A stretch of DNA of 64,000 nt from an uncultured Chloroherpeton sp. (GTDB taxonomy: Bacteria > Bacteroidota > Ignavibacteria > Kapaibacteriales > UBA2268): positions 101,180 through 165,179 of the forward strand of contig CAZCNL010000005.1 in the NCBI GenBank assembly GCA_964500435.1, written 5' to 3'. A program made the translations under genes and the position numbers. The notes under the pieces were generated by a model. The model did not search any database and had not been told where the DNA came from. It worked only from the letters and a program-made list of their open reading frames with translations. Positions 10,094 to 21,200 of the stretch are shown here, piece after piece (positions within the stretch are counted from its first letter, which is position 1; each line of letters starts with the position of its first letter).

Positions 10094-10534
10094 TTATAAT
10101 CTTGTAAGATTGTGAATTTTTTCGACACGAATCATATGTCTATCACCTTCGAAATCTTCTTCGAGAAATGCATCTATAATTTTTTTAGCTAATTCAGGAG
10201 AAGTTTTTCTGGCTCCTAAACACAAGACATTTGCATTATTATGATTTCTTGCTAATTTAGCATAATCTTCGTCGACACACAATGCCGCTCTTATACCTTG
10301 CACTTTATTTGCCACAATTGACATTCCAATCCCTGTTCCACAAATTAATATGCCATAATCAGCAACTAAAGAAGCTACTGATTCTGCGGCTGGAAAGGCA
10401 AAATCGGGATAATCAACTGATTCGTTCGAATATGTGCCAAAGTCTAAAATTTGATGATTTAAGGATTTAATATAATTTATTAATTCTTTTTTTAATTCGA
10501 AACCTGCATGGTCAGAAGCTATTGCTATTTTCAT
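10094..10534 (-). CDS. rpiB: ribose-5-phosphate isomerase B
   Basis: 146 aa. MKIAIASDHAGFELK is the RpiB/LacAB signature N-terminus. Confidence 0.85.
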   Translation of the reverse strand: MKIAIASDHAGFELKKELINYIKSLNHQILDFGTYSNESVDYPDFAFPAAESVASLVADYGILICGTGIGMSIVANKVQGIRAALCVDEDYAKLARNHNNANVLCLGARKTSPELAKKIIDAFLEEDFEGDRHMIRVEKIHNLTRL

Positions 10535-10848
10535 TTTTTCTTTATTTAAAGTTTATTAGACAAAAATTTATTCTTCTTTTTTTCTTAACAATTTATTAAC
10601 ATAATCTTTAGAAAACTTTATTTTATGTGTGGAAAAAGCCTCGATTATCCCTTTTTTTTATTTATCAAAAAATATTATGTAGAAAACTGATAATTTTTAA
10701 CTTTTTATTTTTTTTCTTTCCACACTATTTTTCTATATTAAATATCTTAAAAAAATAAAATTACGAATTTTTCCACATAAATTGTGCATCTATTATTATA
10801 ATACAATTTAAATTAAAATTATAAAATATATTATTATTATCCACACAT

Positions 10849-12111
10849 TTAAATTTTATTAAATCCAGTATATTTAACTAATTCATCCGGAATAAGAACA
10901 CTGCCATCACTTTGTAAGTAATTTTCTAAAATTGCGGCATATAATCTTGAAGTAGCAACTCCACTTCCATTTAAAGTATGAACAAATTCAGGTTTTGAAT
11001 TTGGTGTACGTTTAAACTTAATATTAGCCCTTCTCGCTTGAAAATCAGTAAAGTTTGAACAACTTGATACTTCAAGCCATTTTTCTTCACCAGCAGCCCA
11101 AATTTCCAAATCATAAGTAATTGCACTTGCAAATGATGTATCGCCAGAACAAAGTAAAACAACCCGATATGGAATTTTCAATGCTTTTAAAATATCTTCT
11201 GCTTCTGAAACTAAAATTTCAAGTTGTTCAAAGGATTCTTCCGGTCTTACGAAATTTACCATCTCTACTTTATTAAATTGGTGAACTCGTAAAAATCCAT
11301 GTACTTCTTTTCCATAACTTCCTGATTCTCGTCTAAAACAAGGTGAATAACCACAAACTTTTTTTGGTAATTCTTCATTTTTTAAAATATCATCTCTATG
11401 AAAATTGGTCAAAGGTACTTCTGCTGTTGGAATTAAATACATATCATCTTCTTTTGCATAATACATATCTTCGCCCATTTTAGGTAATTGTCCAGTTCCA
11501 AACATACTTGCGGCATTTACCATAAATGGTGACCATATTTCCGTATAATTGTGTTTTTGTGTATGATAATCTAACATAAATCTGATTAAAGCTCTTTCTA
11601 ACTGTGCCCCTTTTCCAATATAAAAAGAAAAACCACTGCCTGATACTTTAGCTCCCCTTTCAAAATCTATAATTCCCAGTTTCTTGGAAATCTCAATATG
11701 ATTCATTTTAATTGGTTGAGCCATAGGTTCGCCCCAAGAAAGCACGATTTTATTATCTTCTTCTGATTTACCAAGAGGAACTTGGGGTGCTAACATATTT
11801 GGAATTCTTGCAACTATTTGATTTATTTCATTTTCCACATCTCGTAATGTATCGTCGAAATCCTTAATTTTATCAGAAACAACTTTCATTTCGGCAATTA
11901 AATCATCAGCATTTTGACCTGATTTTTTATAATTTGCTATTTCTTTCGTTACTTTATTTCTTTCGTTTTTCAAAGCTTCAACTTCTTGAATTATTTTCCT
12001 TCTTTTTTCCTCTAACTCAGAAAATGAAGTCAAATCTGCTTTTTCGTTTTTTAATTCAATATTTTTCTTAACTAAATCTAAATTTTCTCGAATAAATTTT
12101 AAATCTAACAT
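10849..12111 (-). CDS. serS: seryl-tRNA synthetase
   Basis: 420 aa. It has an N-terminal coiled-coil arm (MLDLKFIRENLDLVKKN...) and a class II catalytic core. Confidence 0.9.
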   Translation of the reverse strand: MLDLKFIRENLDLVKKNIELKNEKADLTSFSELEEKRRKIIQEVEALKNERNKVTKEIANYKKSGQNADDLIAEMKVVSDKIKDFDDTLRDVENEINQIVARIPNMLAPQVPLGKSEEDNKIVLSWGEPMAQPIKMNHIEISKKLGIIDFERGAKVSGSGFSFYIGKGAQLERALIRFMLDYHTQKHNYTEIWSPFMVNAASMFGTGQLPKMGEDMYYAKEDDMYLIPTAEVPLTNFHRDDILKNEELPKKVCGYSPCFRRESGSYGKEVHGFLRVHQFNKVEMVNFVRPEESFEQLEILVSEAEDILKALKIPYRVVLLCSGDTSFASAITYDLEIWAAGEEKWLEVSSCSNFTDFQARRANIKFKRTPNSKPEFVHTLNGSGVATSRLYAAILENYLQSDGSVLIPDELVKYTGFNKI

Positions 12112-12154
12112 TTTTAACCTTTTATTTTATTTTTTCTATTTTAAATTATTTTTT

Positions 12155-12529
12155 TTATTTTTCTTCCATTATAACAACAGCAACGGCTGTGGAATCAGTA
12201 TGGGAAATGGAAACTAAAAAGGAGTAATCTCCATATTTTTCCTTCATATTTCCGTCCAAAATTATTTTTGGTTCTCCACTTTCTTTGTTAATAGTTGTTA
12301 TTTCATTAAATTTAAAACCTTGCGTAATACCGGTACCAATTGCTTTACTAAAAGCTTCTTTGACAGCAAATCGAGCTGCTAAATGAACATATTTTTTGTT
12401 TTTAAAAGATTCGGAATACTCAATTTCTTCTTTAGTATAAATTCTATTTAAAAATTTATCTGCATATTTTTCAACAGCAGTTTGTATTCTTTCAACTTCG
12501 ACTATATCAATACCTAAGCCTTTTATCAT
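12155..12529 (-). CDS. acpS: holo-[acyl-carrier-protein] synthase
   Basis: 124 aa. The GIDIVEVERI N-terminus is the AcpS hallmark. It overlaps the upstream gene by 4 bp. Confidence 0.85.
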   Translation of the reverse strand: MIKGLGIDIVEVERIQTAVEKYADKFLNRIYTKEEIEYSESFKNKKYVHLAARFAVKEAFSKAIGTGITQGFKFNEITTINKESGEPKIILDGNMKEKYGDYSFLVSISHTDSTAVAVVIMEEK

Positions 12530-13272
12530 AAACGTCCTTTTTCTTTTTTAATAATTTCTAAAATTTCGGGCAAGACCTCACCGGATTTTTCGTTAAAATG
12601 AATGTTTGCTAAATGTGTAAAAGACGTATTATTTGGATTTATTTCAACAACATAAGCAACTTGTTTTTTAGCTAAATATGGTAATTGAGCCGCAGGATAT
12701 ACTTCAGAAGATGTTCCTATTGTAAAAAATAAATCGCAATTTTGAGATTTTTCAAATGCTAAATCTAAAATATTATTTTGTAATGATTCGCCAAACCAAA
12801 CAACATTAGGTCTAATTAGCCCACCACAAAGCGGACACTTTGGCAATTCTTTTTCTACATCATATTCTTCGAAATAAGGTTCACCACAAGTGAAGCATTT
12901 GCTATCGAAAATATTTCCGTGCAATTCATATAAATTTTTACTGCCTGCTCGTTTATGCAAATTATCAACATTTTGAGTAAACAAAATAAAATCGTCAAAT
13001 AGAATTTCCATTTCAGCAAGTGCAATATGTCCCGGATTGGGTATAGCGTCTTTCGCTTTTCTCTTTCTTTCTGCATACCAAGTTAGAACAAGTTTAGGAT
13101 TCTCCAAAAAACCTTGCGGACTGGCAAGTTCCATAGGATTATATTTACCCCAAAAACCGCCTACGTCACGGAATGTGTCTAATCCGCTCTCTTTGGAAAC
13201 TCCTGCACCTGTTAAAACAACAACAGTTTTTGCATTTTTTAAAACGTCTTTGAATTCATCTGAATATTTCAT
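12526..13272 (-). CDS. cobB: NAD-dependent protein deacylase, Sir2/CobB family
   Basis: 248 aa. GAGVSKESGLDTFRD is the NAD-binding motif, and CxxC...CxxC is the zinc ribbon. It has 4-bp overlaps with both aspS and acpS. Confidence 0.8.
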   Translation of the reverse strand: MKYSDEFKDVLKNAKTVVVLTGAGVSKESGLDTFRDVGGFWGKYNPMELASPQGFLENPKLVLTWYAERKRKAKDAIPNPGHIALAEMEILFDDFILFTQNVDNLHKRAGSKNLYELHGNIFDSKCFTCGEPYFEEYDVEKELPKCPLCGGLIRPNVVWFGESLQNNILDLAFEKSQNCDLFFTIGTSSEVYPAAQLPYLAKKQVAYVVEINPNNTSFTHLANIHFNEKSGEVLPEILEIIKKEKGRL

Positions 13273-15035
13273 AATGAAATTTTTAAACCTAATTCTTTAA
13301 GTTGCTTTTCATCAACATAAGAAGGAGCGTTGTCCATTAAAGATAAACCAGACGTAGTTTTAGGAAAAGCAATAACGTCTCGTATATTATTTGTCCCCGT
13401 TAAAAGCATAGTTAATCTATCTAAACCAAGTGCAATACCACCATGAGGTGGAGCACCAAATTTCAATGCATTTAATAAAAATCCGAATTTATCCTCTGCT
13501 TCTTTTTTTTCTATTCCCATTAAATTAAACATCTTTTGCTGCACGTCAGTGTTATGAATTCTAATACTACCGCCACCAATTTCAACACCATTCAAAACAA
13601 TATCATGAGCGATTGCACGAACTTTTGAAGGTGCTTTGTCTAAAATTTCTATATCTTCTATTTTTGGTGATGTGAACGGATGATGCATTGCAACATATCT
13701 CTTTTCTTCTTCATCATATTCGAACAATGGAAAATCTATTACCCAAAGGAAATTATATTGATTTTTCAAATTATCTAAAATCTTGAGTTGGTTCGCTATT
13801 TCAAGTCGCAATGCTCCTAAAACTGTATAAGTGCGAGTGTATGCATCTGAAATGAAAAGCAACAAATCTCCATCTTCGACATCAAAAATTTCTTTAAGTT
13901 TATTAATTTCATTTTCACTTAGGAATTTTGCTATCGAACCTGTAACTTCATTATTTGCAAATTTGAGATATGCTAAACCTTTTGCACCGTACTTTTTAGC
14001 AAAATCAGTAAGGGAATCAATTTGCTTACGTGAATAATTGCCGCAGCCTTTTGCATTAATACCAGCAATAATTCCGTTAGTTTCCAAAGTTTGCTTAAAT
14101 ACTTGAAATTCAGTATTTTCAAAAACAGAGTTAAGTGTTTTAATTTTCATATCAAAGCGAGTGTCAGGTTTGTCGGAACCATAATTTTCCATTGCATCTT
14201 TATAACTCATTCGAGGGAAAGGTGTAGTAATATCGACATCTAAAATTTCTTTCCAAACACGCTTGAAGAATTTTTCAAATAAAGAAATAATATCATCTTG
14301 CTCAACAAAAGACATTTCGCAATCAATTTGAGTAAATTCAGGTTGGCGATCGCTACGCAAATCTTCATCACGGAAACATTTAACAATTTGTAAATATCGC
14401 TCGAAACCAGAAATCATAAGTATTTGCTTATAAATTTGTGGAGATTGTGGCAACGCATAAAATCTACCTTTATAATTGCGGCTTGGGACGAGAAAATCTC
14501 GAGCTCCTTCAGGAGTAGATTTCATCAAAACTGGTGTTTCAATTTCAACAAATTCATTTTCGTAGAAAAATTGGTGTGTAATTTGATATAACTTATTCCT
14601 AACAAACAAATTATTTTGCAATTCACTTCTTCGAAGGTCTAAGTATCTATATTTTAATTTCAGTTCTTCGTTTACATTAATATTGTTTTCTATTTCAAAA
14701 GGAGGAAGTTCGGATGGGTTAATAATGCCAAAATCATTCAATAAAACTTCAACTTCGCCTGTAGGGATTTTAGGATTTATACTTTCTCTTTTTCTAACAA
14801 TTCCTTTAGCCCAAATGACAAATTCGGAGCGAAGGACTTTTGCCCTCTCAGCAAGTTCCGAATTATCTTCAGGTTTAATAACAAGTTGAACAATTCCCCA
14901 TCTATCACGTAAATCAATAAAAATAAGACCACCTAAATTGCGTGTAGAAGCAACCCAACCATTTAATATTACTTCTTTTCCGATAAATTCAGATGTGATA
15001 TTGCCACACTTTTCTGTTCGTTTTTGAAATTTCAT
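13269..15035 (-). CDS. aspS: aspartyl-tRNA synthetase
   Basis: 588 aa. It has an N-terminal OB anticodon-binding domain and class II motifs (FRDEDLRSDRQPEFTQID). Confidence 0.9.
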   Translation of the reverse strand: MKFQKRTEKCGNITSEFIGKEVILNGWVASTRNLGGLIFIDLRDRWGIVQLVIKPEDNSELAERAKVLRSEFVIWAKGIVRKRESINPKIPTGEVEVLLNDFGIINPSELPPFEIENNINVNEELKLKYRYLDLRRSELQNNLFVRNKLYQITHQFFYENEFVEIETPVLMKSTPEGARDFLVPSRNYKGRFYALPQSPQIYKQILMISGFERYLQIVKCFRDEDLRSDRQPEFTQIDCEMSFVEQDDIISLFEKFFKRVWKEILDVDITTPFPRMSYKDAMENYGSDKPDTRFDMKIKTLNSVFENTEFQVFKQTLETNGIIAGINAKGCGNYSRKQIDSLTDFAKKYGAKGLAYLKFANNEVTGSIAKFLSENEINKLKEIFDVEDGDLLLFISDAYTRTYTVLGALRLEIANQLKILDNLKNQYNFLWVIDFPLFEYDEEEKRYVAMHHPFTSPKIEDIEILDKAPSKVRAIAHDIVLNGVEIGGGSIRIHNTDVQQKMFNLMGIEKKEAEDKFGFLLNALKFGAPPHGGIALGLDRLTMLLTGTNNIRDVIAFPKTTSGLSLMDNAPSYVDEKQLKELGLKISL

Positions 15036-15239
15036 TATACTTATATCAATTTTTAATTTATTAAAACATCAAAATTAATTGAATTTAATAAATTAACAGT
15101 AAACAAAATTAAAAATTGTGGCACATTAATTGCAATAATGAAGCAAGTTAAACGATTTAAATGTAAAAATTTTCTTAATTTTGTTTTTTCTTAATCTTAA
15201 AGGAGCTTTATTGGTTCTATTTACGCAATTAAATGCTTA

Positions 15240-18200
15240 TTGTTAGTGAACTTAAAAAGTAAGAATATTTTAAATAGAAAAACCAATTTATGCTCTGTTG
15301 CCCTGACAGTGTTAATATTTTCTTTTGTAATAAATTACACACTCAAAGCACAAACTTTAACTTTAAACCATAATGAACAACACTTAAATAACCCATTTTC
15401 ATTATTTTTCTTAAATTATTTTTGGCTTTTACAAAATCCTATTGATTTAAATTTAAATCAAAATTTCAATTCACAAGATACAACCGAAAAAACTTTTTCT
15501 ATATATAAACAAGAAGATTTTTATAGAATTAACAACAAATTTGGTGAAAAATGGCTTGCACCAAAGGATTATAATCAAAAAATTGAAATAGATTCCACTT
15601 TAAAAAATTTAAAAACATTCGAAGAATTTGATTCAAATCGGGTTAATTTTACTTATCCCCTTACAATTGATGAATATTTAGAATTAAGAAAAGAAAAAAT
15701 AAAAACTGAAATTTGGGATTCTGTTCTAACAAGATACGATTTAAAAAAAGCGTTAAGTCAAGGAGATTTAGCAAATACAATTAGCCAGGCAACAGGAATA
15801 AATATACCAATCCCCGCAAGTCCTTTGACAAGCATATTCGGCAAACCTCAAATAAGTATAGGAGTAAATGGCGAAGTAAATTTAAGAATAGGTTGGAGAT
15901 TTGATTCACAAAAGCTTGGAACAGTTTCTGCTTTTGGTCAAACTCAATCAACACCTATTTTTAACCAAGATATAAGAGTTAATGTAAATGCAAAAATTGG
16001 CGATAAATTTAGTTTCGGAACAGATTGGAACACAAGAAATAATTATGATTTCAACAATAAATTTAAAATAGGTTACGAAGGTTACGACGACGAAATCATA
16101 AGGAAAGTCGAGCTTGGAAATATCGATTTCCCAATACCTTCGACTTTAATAGGTGGCGGACAATCATTATTTGGCGCAAGAGTAGATTTTCAATTTGGTC
16201 CTTTATTTTTAAAAACCGTATTTTCGCAAAGAAGAGGACAAAGAAAATTTGTTGATGTTCGTGGTGGAGTAAGCAAGCAACCTTTTGCTCTGCGGGCTTA
16301 CGATTATGCTAAGAACCATTTCTTTTTGGATACATTATATAAACAAATATATGACCAGTATTTTTTAAATGCAACACCGATACTTCCAAATACACCAATA
16401 GCACAAAAGAACAGAATAAAAAGAATACAAGTTTTTGAATCCACAAACGACATAAGAGAAGGAGTAATAAGAGCAGGAAATTCTGTAGCAATAGCCGATT
16501 TGCCAGGAAAGCGATTTGGAATGGGTGAAAAATACTCGGATGCAGACAAGGCAAGACCAATACAAGCAGGTGTTGTCGAAAGAGGCAATTTTATGATTTT
16601 GGATTCGATGCAATATGCAGTCGATTATAATTTAGGTACGTTACATATAAAAAATATACGACAAGACCGCTATTATGCCGTGGCTTATGCAGTCGAAGGA
16701 GAAACATTAGCTGAAGAAGATAATGTTTATTACGGAACATTCAGCAATCAAGCAGCACCAAATGATACTTTAATTTTAAAATTGATTTATAGACCAAATT
16801 TATTGCCTTCCTACAAATTACTTTGGGATAGGCAAATGAAAAATATATATCAAATAAATGCAACTAATGTAAGCGTTCAAGACACAAAGATTAATTTATG
16901 GTACATTAGACAAAACAATGATTCAGCAGATGTTTTACCAGGAGCTGCAGATAAATTAGTTACAATATTTGGAGTAGATAGAGTAAATAATGCATCTGGT
17001 ACTGCACCAGGCGATGGAATATTTGATTTACGTCCACCATTTTTTGATGCTGTTACTGGCGAAATTACTTTTCCAAATTCAAAGCCTTTCAGCGATGGAT
17101 TGAGAAATTATTTCAAAAATAGTAATCCCGAATTAGCGGAACAATACACTTTTGACCAAGTTTATGACACTACTTACGATGTTGCAGCAAGAAATACAGC
17201 TCGAGATAGGTTTGTTATTTCAGGGGAAGTATCGGGAAAATCGGCAAATAGAATTGCTTTAGGTGCCTTTAACTTAGCACCCGGAAGCGTGAAAGTTACA
17301 TTAGATGGAGTTGCTTTAAAAGAATATCAAGATTACATTGTAGATTATTATGCAGGAATTTTGACAATAAAAAATCCCAGAGCTACTATTCCAAATGCCA
17401 ACTTAAAAGTCGAATACGAACAACAAGATATATTAAATATAGCAACTAAAACACTTGCAGGAATACGTGCAGATTATCAATTATTCAAAACGAGATACAG
17501 CAATGCCACTCTTGGAGCGACATTTATGCATTATGACCAATCAGCAACCGTCGACAGAGTTCGATTAGGCGATGAACCAGTTGCTAATACAATGTTTGGA
17601 TTTGATGCAAAATTTTCCTTAGATGCTCCTTGGTTGACAAAATTAGTCGATTTGTTGCCTTTTTATGATACAAAAGCACCATCATCTTTAAACCTTGCCG
17701 GTGAATGGGCAATGATTTTGCCAAATCCAAATAAACGCACATCAGAAATAGCTTCAGATAATGGATCATCGGTTGTTTACATTGACGATTTCGAAGGAGC
17801 TCAAAGAACAATTTCATTAGGGTTAAGTCCTTCGCAATGGCAATATAGTTCCCCGCCAGTTGATGATGCAATTGACACAACCGCTTTCGGACGGTCTTTG
17901 TATCGTGGTCATCTGTTTTGGTTCCAACACTTTTTACCTTATGTGCCAATTACAGATATTTATCCAAATAATAAAAATAATATTCAAGGACAAAGATTAG
18001 TAAGCCCTCTTGAAATATACTTCGACCCTAATATTAGAGGTATTTATAATCAAAATCCAAATTTCCTTGATAGCAATGATGTAGGATATTACGATCCAAA
18101 CAATGCTTTTTCGAGTAAACCAGAAAATAGAAAGAGAATTTGGGGAGGTTTTACAAGATTATTATCTTCATTCAACACAAATTTCGATACTGAAAATATA

Positions 18201-21200
18201 GAATACATCGAAATAATGATGAATATTTTAGATAATAATCAAGGCGAAGGGAAAATGTACATAGATTTAGGACAAATTAGCGAAGATTTAATACCTAACG
18301 GTCGGTTAGATACAGAAGATGGATTTACTAAAGCAAGCCCATTCCCTAACGGAATAATTGATGCAGGCGAAGACGTTGGAATAGACCAATTAAACGATGA
18401 CCAAGAAAAAGAAGCTTATCCATTCCCATTAAATCAAGAGCCAGACCCTGCACGTGATGACTATTATTTCGATTTCGGAAAAAGAGATGATGCACGAACG
18501 ATAAGTGATTTTTACAAATATAATAATTTTGAAAATAATTCAAAATATTCAGAAATGGGACAATTCCCAGACAAAGAAGTTTTGAATGATAATAATGGTC
18601 AAACACTACAATTAAGTAATGATTATTTTACTTATGAAGTAAATTTGACGCCAGACCCAAATAATAACCCACAAATTGTCGGTGGAAATCCTGCAAAAGG
18701 TTGGTATTTATTTAGAATTCCTATACGCAAACCAACATCAAGAGTGGGGAATCCGACGTATTCAAATGTTCAATACATAAGAATGAGATTCCAGGGCGGT
18801 TCTGTAAAATTAATGGTAGAAAAGTGGCAATTAGTTGGTTCGCAATGGCAAAGGACGAACGATTTCCAAAATGTTCCGCCAAGCGATAGCGTATTGCAAG
18901 TTTCATTTGTAAATTTGTGGGATAACGGCAAAGCCCCAGACTTTTACGAAATGCCGCCTGGTGTTACTGCACCAAGATTGTTAAACAGTACAGACCCATA
19001 TTCTGATATTCGCCAAAACGAACAATCATTGAAAATAACCGTAAAGGATTTGAATTTTGGCGAAGAAAGAATGGCAACAAGAATTTTCCGCTCAATGGAT
19101 ATTTTCAACTATAAAGTAATGAAGTTCTTTGTCCATGGCGATAATCTAATGCCTGATAATATGGTAAAAGGAGCAATTCCAAAGGCTTATACCTATATTC
19201 GTTTTGGAATAGACTCAATGAATTATTATGAATACAGAAGACCGATTATTAGAGGTTGGCAAGATTTACAAATCAATTTAGAAGAATTGACGGCAATTAA
19301 GCAAATAAGAGATACATCGAGAATTACATCACAGCAAATTTTCCCAACAAAAAATGATCCTTTAGCATACTTTATAATCAAAGGAAATCCGATATTAACA
19401 AGAATTCAATTTATTGGACTTGGAGTAGCTAACCCTCCTGAACAATTTCCAAATCAATTATCAACGACAATTTGGGTGGACGAGCTAAGGCTTATTAACC
19501 CCGAAAGAAGTGCTGATTGGGCCGGCGTTGCTAATATGGACTTGAAAGTCGCAGATTTAGCACAAGTTAATATGAATTTCCAAAACGCTTTACCTAATTT
19601 CCATAAAATTGAAGATAGGTTTGGAAATAGAGTAACAGCGATTTCTTGGTCATTCAATGTAACTGGTAATTTAGAAAAATTTGCACCGAAAAGCTTTAAT
19701 CAGATGAAAATACCAATCACTTACACACATAGCGAACAATCCGAAAATCCAGAATATGTGGCGAATAATGACATAAGTTTAAAAGAAGCCGGTTATCAAG
19801 CACGAAACCAAGCATATAGCCAAGCAATAAATAGCGGTCTCTCTCCGCAAGAAGCAAATATTTTAGCGACAAGTGCTGAACAATCAGTATTGACACGTTC
19901 TCAAACTTTACGTGTTTCGGATAATTGGGCTTTAACACAAGTTAAATTGGGAATTCCTATAAAGCATTGGCTTGTTGACCAAACTTTAAACGCTTTGACA
20001 ATAGGTTATTCTTATTCGCAAGATTATGAACGCTCACCAATTTACGAACAAAGATTTAACTGGATTTGGAAATTAAATTTACAATATGGATTGAAAATAT
20101 CTGATTTCTTATCTTTTTCACCTTTGGGTTGGATGAAAGGCTGGGATGTTTTGGGAATTTATAGCGGATTAAAGATAAATCTTTTGCCAAGCTCAATAAA
20201 CACTTCTTTTGATATGATGCGAAGGCGACAAACAGAGCAATCACGTTATTTAGATTTTCCAAGCCCCGTATTAAGAGAATTTAATGCTCAAAGACAAGCT
20301 CAAATGTCTTGGAAATTATCAGAAAATGGCTTTTTAAATCCATTATTTGATTATTCATTTAGTACAATTTCTACATTAGTTCCATTTGAATTAGATGAAA
20401 ATGGCAAGCAAAGAACAGGAAGTGAATTAAGCAAATATATCTTTTTCAAAAATGGACAGCTCATAAATTTAGGCAGCAACACATTGCATAATCAAGTTGT
20501 GACTATAAATACTAAACCTCAAATTCCCGATTTGTTCGGAATATCAAGGTTTATTGATATAACTTCAACTTATTCAGCAACATATACGTGGCAAAACCCA
20601 TTGCAGCCGAATCCACAATTTGTAGATGTTGCAAAAAATGCAAGCGTTAATACAAATTTGCGGATAAATCAGTCATTTAAATTAAAAGCTTTGGGCGATA
20701 AATGGTTTGATTTTGTATTACCCAAAAAAGGAACTCGAATTACAGAAAGTGACACAACAGGTGGATTGTGGAAAGGAACTGTAAGTGTGTTAAAAAAAAT
20801 ATTTTTTGATTGGGACAAAGTTGATTTTACTTTTAATCAAACAAGTTCAAGTTTAAATCCAGGTGTTTATGGCGGAACAGGTTTTGATAATTTCTGGGCA
20901 AGAGGCTTTTTAGGTCGGAGCGACCGAAACGAATTCGGTCCATCATTCCCTTATCAATTAGGACTGGTAACAGACCCACACGGCGGTTTCAGTGTTGTTC
21001 CTTCAAACACATTCCCATATTTCGGATTCCAAAGTTATGTTGGCAAACGTCCTCCAAATGCCGTTCTGCAAGATAATTACAGGCAACAATCAACATTTGA
21101 AATAAAAACATCACGTAGACTTTGGGAAGGTGCTACTCTCGATTTAACTTGGAAAACTGACCTTGGATTTAATCGCAATCAAACTGTGATAACTGACTCC

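Noticed and set aside
16304-21000. Numerous 60-120 aa antisense or alternative-frame ORFs inside sprA, pyk, the peptidase gene and other large genes
   Set aside because: They are nested within long, well-supported CDSs on the opposite strand or in another frame, with low-complexity translations. These are typical AT-rich-genome artefacts.
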